Made by a program: the position numbers and the translations under genes. Below, piece by piece: positions 1 to 10,700 of a DNA stretch of 64,000 nt; the stretch's first letter is position 1, and the number at the start of each line of letters is the position of its first letter. The notes beneath the pieces are model-generated. The model was not told the DNA's origin. It saw nothing but the letters and a program-made list of their open reading frames with translations, and ran no database searches. This DNA comes from Lingula anatina (Eukaryota; Animalia; Brachiopoda), in assembly GCA_051362555.1 (NCBI GenBank), contig CM120646.1, forward strand, positions 10,106,001 through 10,170,000, given 5' to 3'.

Positions 1-193
1 AGCTTATCTCAGATTTTTATTGATGTTAAGCATCATTTGTCCAAATTTTACAAATATTGGACCTGATTTGTCAAAATTATTAACGTTTAACTATTTTAAT
101 CCATGGAATTTGCTAGTCTTTTCAATGTAATTTTCAGTTTTCTCAAATATATTGTCCAAAAAAATCTTTTTTATGGGTCACAGTCAACTGATA
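1..193. repeat. Exemplar 193-bp AT-rich satellite monomer (phase arbitrary, taken at agctta)
   Basis: Positions 1-193 are near-identical to 194-386. The monomer has three TTGTC(C/A)AAA sub-motifs, an NcoI site (ccatgg) and a polymorphic HindIII site (aagctt/gagctt) at the junction. Confidence 0.98.
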
Positions 194-1352
194 AGCTTAT
201 CACAGATTTTTATTGATGTTAAGCATCATTTGTCCAAATTTTACAAATATTGGACCTGATTTGTCAAAATTATTAACGTTTAACTATTTTAATCCATGGA
301 ATTTGCTAGTCTTTTCAATGTAATTTTCAGTTTTCTCAAATATATTGTCCAAAAAAATCTTTTTCATGGGTCACAGTCAACTGATAAGCTTATCACAGAT
401 TTTTATTGATGTTAAGCATCATTTATCCAAATTTCACAAATATTAGACCAGATTTGTCAAAATTATTAACTTTTAACTATTTTAATCCATGGAATTTGCC
501 AGTCTTTTCAATGTAATATTCAGTTTTCTCAAATATATTGTCCATAAAAATCTTTTTCATGGGTCACAGTCAACTGATGAGCTTATCACAGATCTTTATT
601 GATGTTAAGCATCATTTGTCCAGATTTCACACAAAATTAGACCAGATTTGTCAAAATTATTAACTTTTAACTATTTTAATCCATGGAATTTGCCAGTCTT
701 TTCAATGTAGTTTTCAGTTTTCTCAAATATCTTGTCCAAAAAAATCTTTTTCATTGGTCACAGTCAACTGATGAGCTTATCTCAGATTTTTATTGATGTT
801 AAGCATCATTTGTCCAAATTTTACAAATATTGGACCTGATTTGTCAAAATTATTAACGTTTAACTATTTTAATCCATGGAATTTGCTAGTCTTTTCAATG
901 TAATTTTCAGTTTTCTCAAATATATTGTCCAAAAAAATCTTTTTCATGGGTCACAGTCAACTGATGAGCTTATCTCAGATTTTTATTGATGTTAAGCATC
1001 ATTTGTCCAAATTTTACAAATATTGGACCTGATTTGTCAAAATTATTAACGTTTAACTATTTTAATCCATGGAATTTGCTAGTCTTTTCAATGTAATTTT
1101 CAGTTTTCTCAAATATATTGTCCAAAAAAATCTTTTTCATGGGTCACAGTCAACTGATAAGCTTATCACAGATTTTTATTGATGTTAAGCATCATTTATC
1201 CAAATTTCACAAATATTAGACCAGATTTGTCAAAATTATTAACTTTTAACTATTTTAATCCATGGAATTTGCCAGTCTTTTCAATGTAATATTCAGTTTT
1301 CTCAAATATATTGTCCATAAAAATCTTTTTCATGGGTCACAGTCAACTATAA

Positions 1353-1464
1353 AGCTTAACTTTATCAAAATTATTAATGTTTAAGTATTTTATCTTGTTA
1401 AATTAGTCACTTTTTATAATGTAATTTTCACTTTTTTTCAAATTATATATTGTTCTTTTTCCAG
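1353..1464. repeat. 5' part of cassette: diverged monomer with ~58-bp internal deletion
   Basis: agctta joins almost directly to tttatcaaaattattaatgtttaagtatttt...aatgtaattttcac...caaattatatattgtt. This aligns by eye to monomer tttgtcaaaattattaacgtttaactatttt...aatgtaattttcag...caaatatattgtc. Confidence 0.9.
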
Positions 1465-1750
1465 GTGACTCTTTCCATACAGCGTGGTGGCTTCTTGGTT
1501 AACTAATACTTTCTGTCTGGTCATGGCTAATTCCTATAGAAAAAGCAGGCAGTGAAAGACAGTAGCAAGAGGAAAGCTATGTCTCATCCATGTGTACAAT
1601 AGATGGTATGTGGCAAGATTTAGGACATTGTCAAATGGTGTGCTTAACCCTGATTCCAGAAACCCATTGCAAGGAGGAATCTGCATCTGGTATTGGTAGT
1701 AAGGAGCAGTCTTGAATGGGCATATATTGTTTTCCAGATGACAGTTATGG
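1465..1750 (+). other. GC-richer non-satellite core of the cassette; exon-like, with stops in all three + frames
   Basis: Preceded by ttgttctttttccag| (AG at 1463-1464). Candidate donors are atg|gtatgt (1605/1606) and tgg|gtaatt (1750/1751). Composition is visibly different from the monomer. Exon status is inference only. Confidence 0.4.
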
Positions 1751-4700
1751 GTAATTTTCCACCTCTCACACAAACAAACACAAATCATAACATTTGCTTT
1801 TTCATTTGAGACTAAATTATATGTTGTAAAATTGGAAATAATTTTTTCGGTATTTCTAATTCTTCTTATACAAATTGCCAATAAACAACATTTCTATTAC
1901 ACACAGTCTGTTGGTAAGCTTATCAGATTTTTATTGGTGTCAAGCATCATTTGTCCAAATTTCACTAATATTGGACCTGATTTGTCAAAATTATTAACGT
2001 TTAACTATTTTAATCCATGGAATTTGCTAGTCTTTTCAATGTAATTTTCAGTTTTCTCAAATATATTGTCCAAAAAAATCTTTTTCATGGGACACAGTCA
2101 ACTGATGAGCTTATCACAGATTTTTATTGGGGCTAAGCATCATTTGTCCAAATTTCACTAATATTGGACCTGATTTATCAAAATTATTAACATTTAACTA
2201 TTTTAATGCATGGAATTTGCTAGTCTTTTCAATGTAATTTTCAGTTTTCTCAAATATATTGTCCAAAAAAATCTTTTTCATGGGTCATAGTCAACTGATG
2301 AGCTTATCACAGATATTTATTGATGTTAAGCATCATTTGTCCAAATTTTACAAATTTTGAACCTGATTTCTCAAAATTATTAACTTTTAACTATTTTAAT
2401 CCATGGAATTTGTTAGTCTTTTCAATGTAATTTTCAGTTTTCTCAAATATATTGTCCAAAAAAATCTTTTTCATGGGTCACAGTCAACTGATGAGCTTAA
2501 CACAGATTTTTATTGATGTTAAGCATCATTTGCCCAAATTTCACAAATATTAGACCAGATTTTTCAAAATAATTAATGTTTAACTATTGTAATCCATGGA
2601 ATTTGCTAGTCTTTTCAATGTAATTTTCAGTTTTCTCAAATATATTGTCCAAAAAAATCTTTTTCATTGGTCACAGTCAACTGATGAGCTTATCTCAGAT
2701 TTTTATTGATGTTAAGCATCATTTGTCCAAATTTTACAAATATTGGACCTGATTTGTCAAAATTATTAACGTTTAACTATTTTAATCCATGGAATTTGCT
2801 AGTCTTTTCAATGTAATTTTCAGTTTTCTCAAATATATTGTCCAAAAAAATCTTTTTCATGGGTCACAGTCAACTGATGAGCTTATCTCAGATTTTTATT
2901 GATGTTAAGCATCATTTGTCCAAATTTTACAAATATTGGACCTGATTTGTCAAAATTATTAACGTTTAACTATTTTAATCCATGGAATTTGCTAGTCTTT
3001 TCAATGTAATTTTCAGTTTTCTCAAATATATTGTCCAAAAAAATCTTTTTCATGGGTCACAGTCAACTGATAAGCTTATCACAGATTTTTATTGATGTTA
3101 AGCATCATTTATCCAAATTTCACAAATATTAGACCAGATTTGTCAAAATTATTAACTTTTAACTATTTTAATCCATGGAATTTGCCAGTCTTTTCAATGT
3201 AATATTCAGTTTTCTCAAATATATTGTCCATAAAAATCTTTTTCATGGGTCACAGTCAACTATAAAGCTTAACTTTATCAAAATTATTAATGTTTAAGTA
3301 TTTTATCTTGTTAAATTAGTCACTTTTTATAATGTAATTTTCACTTTTTTTCAAATTATATATTGTTCTTTTTCCAGGTGACTCTTTCCATACAGCGTGG
3401 TGGCTTCTTGGTTAACTAATACTTTCTGTCTGGTCATGGCTAATTCCTATAGAAAAAGCAGGCAGTGAAAGACAGTAGCAAGAGGAAAGCTATGTCTCAT
3501 CCATGTGTACAATAGATGGTATGTGGCAAGATTTAGGACATTGTCAAATGGTGTGCTTAACCCTGATTCCAGAAACCCATTGCAAGGAGGAATCTGCATC
3601 TGGTATTGGTAGTAAGGAGCAGTCTTGAATGGGCATATATTGTTTTCCAGATGACAGTTATGGGTAATTTTCCACCTCTCACACAAACAAACACAAATCA
3701 TAACATTTGCTTTTTCATTTGAGACTAAATTATATGTTGTAAAATTGGAAATAATTTTTTCGGTATTTCTAATTCTTCTTATACAAATTGCCAATAAACA
3801 ACATTTCTATTACACACAGTCTGTTGGTAAGCTTATCAGATTTTTATTGGTGTCAAGCATCATTTGTCCAAATTTCACTAATATTGGACCTGATTTGTCA
3901 AAATTATTAACGTTTAACTATTTTAATCCATGGAATTTGCTAGTCTTTTCAATGTAATTTTCAGTTTTCTCAAATATATTGTCCAAAAAAATCTTTTTCA
4001 TGGGACACAGTCAACTGATGAGCTTATCACAGATTTTTATTGGGGCTAAGCATCATTTGTCCAAATTTCACTAATATTGGACCTGATTTATCAAAATTAT
4101 TAACATTTAACTATTTTAATGCATGGAATTTGCTAGTCTTTTCAATGTAATTTTCAGTTTTCTCAAATATATTGTCCAAAAAAATCTTTTTCATGGGTCA
4201 TAGTCAACTGATGAGCTTATCACAGATATTTATTGATGTTAAGCATCATTTGTCCAAATTTTACAAATTTTGAACCTGATTTCTCAAAATTATTAACTTT
4301 TAACTATTTTAATCCATGGAATTTGTAAGTCTTTTCAATGTAATTTTCAGTTTTCTCAAATATATTGTCCAAAAAAATCTTTTTCATTGGTCACAGTCAA
4401 CTGATGAGCTTAACACAGATTTTTATTGATGTTAAGCATCATTTGCCCAAATTTCACAAATATTAGACCAGATTTTTCAAAATAATTAATGTTTAACTAT
4501 TGTAATCCATGGAATTTGCTAGTCTTTTCAATGTAATTTTCAGTTTTCTCAAATATATTGTCCAAAAAATCTTTTTCATGGGTCACAGTCAACTGATGAG
4601 CTTATCACAGATTTTTATTGATGTTAAGCATCATTTGCCCAAATTTCACAAATATTAGACGAGATTTGTCAAAATTATTAACATTTAAGTATTTTAATGC

Positions 4701-7700
4701 ATGGAATTTGCTAGTCTTTTCAATGTAATTTTCAGTTTTGTCAAATACATTGTCCAAGAAAATCTTTTTCATGGGTCACAGTCAACTTATGAGCTAATCA
4801 CAGATTTTTATTGATGTTAAGCATCATTTGTCCAGATTTCACAAAAATTAGACCAGATTTGTCAAAATTATTAACTTTTAACTATTTTAATCCATGGAAT
4901 TTGCCAGTCTTTTCAATGTAGTTTTCAGTTTTCTCAAATATCTTGTCCAAAAAAATCTTTTTCATTGGTCACAGTCAACTGATGAGCTTATCTCAGATTT
5001 TTATTGATGTTAAGCATCATTTGTCCAAATTTTACAAATATTGGACCTGATTTGTCAAAATTATTAACGTTTAACTATTTTAATCCATGGAATTTGCTAG
5101 TCTTTTCAATGTAATTTTCAGTTTTCTCAAATATATTGTCCAAAAAAATCTTTTTCATGGGTCACAGTCAACTGATAAGCTTATCACAGATTTTTATTGA
5201 TGTTAAGCATCATTTGTCCAAATTTTACAAATATTGGACCTGATTTGTCAAAATTATTAACGTTTAACTATTTTAATCCATGGAATTTGCTAGTCTTTTC
5301 AATGTAATTTTCAGTTTTCTCAAATATATTGTCCAAAAAAATCTTTTTCATGGGTCACAGTCAACTGATAAGCTTATCACAGATTTTTATTGATGTTAAG
5401 CATCATTTATCCAAATTTCACAAATATTAGACCAGATTTGTCAAAATTATTAACTTTTAACTATTTTAATCCATGGAATTTGCCAGTCTTTTGAATGTAA
5501 TTTTCAGTTTTCTCAAATGTATTGTCCCAAAAAATCCTTTTCATTAGACACAGTCAACTATTAAGCTTAACTTTATCAAAATTATTAATGTTTAAGTATT
5601 TTAGCTTGTTAAATTAGTCCCTTTTTATAATGTAATTTTCACTTTTTTTCAAATTATATATTGTTCTTTTTCCAGGTGACTCTTTCCATACAGCGTGGTG
5701 GCTTCTTGGTTAACTAATACTTTCTGTCTGGTCATGGCTAATTCCTATAGAAAAAGCAGGCAGTGAAAGACAGTAGCAAGAGGAAAGCTATGTCTCATCC
5801 ATGTGTACAATAGATGGTATGTGGCAAGATTTAGGACATTGTCAAATGGTGTGCTTAACCCTGATTCCAGAAACCCATTGCAAGGAGGAATCTGCATCTG
5901 GTATTGGTAGTAAGGAGCAGTCTTGAATGGGCATATATTGTTTTCCAGATGACAGTTATGGGTAATTTTCCACCTCTCACACAAACAAACACAAATCATA
6001 ACATTTGCTTTTTCATTTGAGACTAAATTATATGTTGTAAAATTGGAAATAATTTTTTCGGTATTTCTAATTCTTCTTATACAAATTGCCAATAAACAAC
6101 ATTTCTATTACACACAGTCTGTTGGTAAGCTGATCACAGATTTTTATTGGTGTCAAGCATCATTTGTCCAAATTTCACTAATATTGGACCTGATTTGTCA
6201 AAATTATTAACGTTTAACTATTTTAATCCATGGAATTTGCTAGTCTTTTCAATGTAATTTTCAGTTTTCTCAAATATATTGTCCAAAAAAATCTTTTTCA
6301 TGGGACACAGTCAACTGATGAGCTTATCACAGATTTTTATTGGGGCTAAGCATCATTTGTCCAAATTTCACTAATATTGGACCTGATTTATCAAAATTAT
6401 TAACATTTAACTATTTTAATGCATGGAATTTGCTAGTCTTTTCAATGTAATTTTCAGTTTTCTCAAATATATTGTCCAAAAAAATCTTTTTCATGGGTCA
6501 TAGTCAACTGATGAGCTTATCACAGATATTTATTGATGTTAAGCATCATTTGTCCAAATTTTACAAATTTTGAACCTGATTTCTCAAAATTATTAACTTT
6601 TAACTATTTTAATCCATGGAATTTGTTAGTCTTTTCAATGTAATTTTCAGTTTTCTCAAATATATTGTCCAAAAAAATCTTTTTCATGGGTCACAGTCAA
6701 CTGATGAGCTTAACACAGATTTTTATTGATGTTAAGCATCATTTGCCCAAATTTCACAAATATTAGACCAGATTTTTCAAAATAATTAATGTTTAACTAT
6801 TGTAATCCATGGAATTTGCTAGTCTTTTCAATGTAATTTTCAGTTTTCTCAAATATATTGTCCAAAAAATCTTTTTCATGGGTCACAGTCAACTGATGAG
6901 CTTATCACAGATTTTTATTGATGTTAAGCATCATTTGCCCAAATTTCACAAATATTAGACGAGATTTGTCAAAATTATTAACATTTAACTATTTTAATCC
7001 ATGGAATTTGCCAGTCTTTTCAATGTAGTTTTCAGTTTTCTCAAATATCTTGTCCAAAAAAATCTTTTTCATTGGTCACAGTCAACTGATGAGCTTATCT
7101 CAGATTTTTATTGATGTTAAGCATCATTTGTCCAAATTTTACAAATATTGGACCTGATTTGTCAAAATTATTAACGTTTAACTATTTTAATCCATGGAAT
7201 TTGCTAGTCTTTTCAATGTAATTTTCAGTTTTCTCAAATATATTGTCCAAAAAAATCTTTTTCATGGGTCACAGTCAACTGATAAGCTTATCACAGATTT
7301 TTATTGATGTTAAGCATCATTTGTCCAAATTTTACAAATATTGGACCTGATTTGTCAAAATTATTAACGTTTAACTATTTTAATCCATGGAATTTGCTAG
7401 TCTTTTCAATGTAATTTTCAGTTTTCTCAAATATATTGTCCAAAAAAATCTTTTTCATGGGTCACAGTCAACTGATAAGCTTATCACAGATTTTTATTGA
7501 TGTTAAGCATCATTTGTCCAAATTTTACAAATATTGGACCTGATTTGTCAAAATTATTAACGTTTAACTATTTTAATCCATGGAATTTGCTAGTCTTTTC
7601 AATGTAATTTTCAGTTTTCTCAAATATATTGTCCAAAAAATCTTTTTCATGGGTCACAGTCAACTGATAAGCTTATCACAGATTTTTATTGATGTTAAGC

Positions 7701-10700
7701 ATCATTTATCCAAATTTCACAAATATTAGACCAGATTTGTCAAAATTATTAACTTTTAACTATTTTAATCCATGGAATTTGCCAGTCTTTTCAATGTAAT
7801 ATTCAGTTTTCTCAAATATATTGTCCATAAAAATCTTTTTCATGGGTCACAGTCAACTATAAAGCTTAACTTTATCAAAATTATTAATGTTTAAGTATTT
7901 TATCTTGTTAAATTAGTCACTTTTTATAATGTAATTTTCACTTTTTTTCAAATTATATATTGTTCTTTTTCCAGGTGACTCTTTCCATACAGCGTGGTGG
8001 CTTCTTGGTTAACTAATACTTTCTGTCTGGTCATGGCTAATTCCTATAGAAAAAGCAGGCAGTGAAAGACAGTAGCAAGAGGAAAGCTATGTCTCATCCA
8101 TGTGTACAATAGATGGTATGTGGCAAGATTTAGGACATTGTCAAATGGTGTGCTTAACCCTGATTCCAGAAACCCATTGCAAGGAGGAATCTGCATCTGG
8201 TATTGGTAGTAAGGAGCAGTCTTGAATGGGCATATATTGTTTTCCAGATGACAGTTATGGGTAATTTTCCACCTCTCACACAAACAAACACAAATCATAA
8301 CATTTGCTTTTTCATTTGAGACTAAATTATATGTTGTAAAATTGGAAATAATTTTTTCGGTATTTCTAATTCTTCTTATACAAATTGCCAATAAACAACA
8401 TTTCTATTACACACAGTCTGTTGGTAAGCTTATCAGATTTTTATTGGTGTCAAGCATCATTTGTCCAAATTTCACTAATATTGGACCTGATTTGTCAAAA
8501 TTATTAACGTTTAACTAATTTAATCCATGGAATTTGCTAGTCTTTTCAATGTAATTTTCAGTTTTCTCAAATATATTGTCCAAAAAAATCTTTTTCATGG
8601 GACACAGTCAACTGATGAGCTTATCACAGATTTTTATTGGGGCTAAGCATCATTTGTCCAAATTTCACTAATATTGGACCTGATTTATCAAAATTATTAA
8701 CATTTAACTATTTTAATGCATGGAATTTGCTAGTCTTTTCAATGTAATTTTCAGTTTTCTCAAATATATTGTCCAAAAAAATCTTTTTCATGGGTCATAG
8801 TCAACTGATGAGCTTATCACAGATATTTATTGATGTTAAGCATCATTTGTCCAAATTTTACAAATTTTGAACCTGATTTCTCAAAATTATTAACTTTTAA
8901 CTATTTTAATCCATGGAATTTGTTAGTCTTTTCAATGTAATTTTCAGTTTTCTCAAATATATTGTCCAAAAAAATCTTTTTCATGGGTCACAGTCAACTG
9001 ATGAGCTTAACACAGATTTTTATTGATGTTAAGCATCATTTGCCCAAATTTCACAAATATTAGACCAGATTTTTCAAAATAATTAATGTTTAACTATTGT
9101 AATCCATGGAATTTGCTAGTCTTTTCAATGTAATTTTCAGTTATCTCAAATATATTGTCCAAAAAATCTTTTTCATGGGTCACAGTCAACTGATGAGCTT
9201 ATCACAGATTTTTATTGATGTTAAGCATCATTTGCCCAAATTTGACAAATATTAGACGAGATTTGTCAAAATTATTAACATTTAAGTATTTTAATGCATG
9301 GAATTTGCTAGTCTTTTCAATGTAATTTTCAGTTTTCTCAAATATCTTGTCCAAAAAAATCTTTTTCATTGGTCACAGTCAACTGATGAGCTTATCTCAG
9401 ATTTTTATTGATGTTAAGCATCATTTGTCCAAATTTTACAAATATTGGACCTGATTTGTCAAAATTATTAACGTTTAACTATTTTAATCCATGAAATTTG
9501 CAAGTCTTTTCAATGTAATTTTCAGTTTTCTCAAATATATTGTCCAAAAAAATCTTTTTCATGGGTCACAGTCAACTGATAAGCTTATCACAGATTTTTA
9601 TTGATGTTAAGCATCATTTGTCCAAATTTTACAAATATTGGACCTGATTTGTCAAAATTATTAACGTTTAACTATTTTAATCCATGGAATTTGCCAGTCT
9701 TTTCAATGTAATTTTCAGTTTTCTCAAATATATTGTCCAAAAAAATCTTTTTCATGGGTCACAGTCAACTGATAAGCTTATCACAGATTTTTATTGATGG
9801 TAAGCATCATTTATCCAAATTTCACAAATATTAGACCAGATTTGTCAAAATTATTAACTTTTAACTATTTTAATCCATGGAATTTGCCAGTCTTTTCAAT
9901 GTAATATTCAGTTTTCTCAAATATATTGTCCATAAAAATCTTTTTCATGGGTCACAGTCAACTATAAAGCTTAACTTTATCAAAATTATTAATGTTTAAG
10001 TATTTTATCTTGTTAAATTAGTCACTTTTTATAATGTAATTTTCACTTTTTTTCAAATTATATATTGTTCTTTTTCCAGGTGACTCTTTCCATACAGCGT
10101 GGTGGCTTCTTGGTTAACTAATACTTTCTGTCTGGTCATGGCTAATTCCTATAGAAAAAGCAGGCAGTGAAAGACAGTAGCAAGAGGAAAGCTATGTCTC
10201 ATCCATGTGTACAATAGATGGTATGTGGCAAGATTTAGGACATTGTCAAATGGTGTGCTTAACCCTGATTCCAGAAACCCATTGCAAGGAGGAATCTGCA
10301 TCTGGTATTGGTAGTAAGGAGCAGTCTTGAATGGGCATATATTGTTTTCCAGATGACAGTTATGGGTAATTTTCCACCTCTCACACAAACAAACACAAAT
10401 CATAACATTTGCTTTTTCATTTGAGACTAAATTATATGTTGTAAAATTGGAAATAATTTTTTCGGTATTTCTAATTCTTCTTATACATATTGCCAATAAA
10501 CAACATTTCTATTACACACAGTCTGTTGGTAAGCTTATCACAGATTTTTATTGATTTTAAGCATCATTTGTCCAGATTTCACAAAAATTAGACCAGATTT
10601 GTCAAAATTATTAACTTTTAACTATTTTAATCCATGGAATTTGCCAGTCTTTTCAATGTAGTTTTCAGTTTTCTCAAATATCTTGTCCAAAAAAATCTTT

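Larger units (their letters stand above)
1353..1916. repeat. Exemplar 564-bp cassette, left-domain haplotype
   Basis: Approximate starts (+/-2) of all copies: 1353, 3266, 5564, 7863, 9968, 11304, 13217, 15515, 17814, 19919, 22157, 24395, 26886, 28801, 30521, 32817, 34152, 35295, 36246, 37389, 38146, 38903, 40239, 41571, 44447, 45590, 46731, 48263, 49596, 51895, 54194, 56493, 58792, 61091, 63390. Derived from the ORF-track offsets and spot-checked against the sequence. Confidence 0.97.

Noticed and set aside
768-815. Hammerhead ribozyme (CTGATGA followed by gctta...taagc stem), as known in some animal satellites
   Set aside because: The required GAAA after stem II is absent (atca instead), and no stems I/III are evident.
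1534-1577. Minus-strand polypyrimidine tract + TAG (ctgctttttctatag|g)
   Set aside because: It is simply the complement of a purine-rich stretch. It gives only 31 codons running into monomer-derived DNA with no clear donor, and shows such signals can arise by chance.
1643-1653. Telomere-complement motif TAACCCT (variant CTAAACCCT), suggesting a telomerase RNA template or telo-box
   Set aside because: A single 7-9 nt match is plausible by chance. I found no recognisable type-3 promoter element or pseudoknot and no telomeric tract.
1641-1708. Twister-like start (stem-TAA-ccct...agca)
   Set aside because: P2 pairing and the two pseudoknot pairings could not be assigned convincingly.
1590-1715. 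Peptide MCTIDGMWQDLGHC... resembling a sushi/CCP domain end; also minus-strand CVRGGKLPITVIWK resembling an Ig strand
   Set aside because: These are short motifs flanked by in-frame stops, and the rest of each domain is missing.
1534-1881. 115-aa minus-strand ORF present in all 35 cassettes
   Set aside because: It has a TTG start and no recognisable domain, begins in monomer-like tail sequence, and many variants change amino acids. Staying open is expected among near-identical copies. A dN/dS test or Ribo-seq could revive it.
1832-2044. 70-95 aa plus-strand ORFs (also 33400, 42153, 47090, 50178 etc.)
   Set aside because: They read through satellite monomers, appear or vanish with 2-bp indels or single substitutions, and use non-ATG starts.
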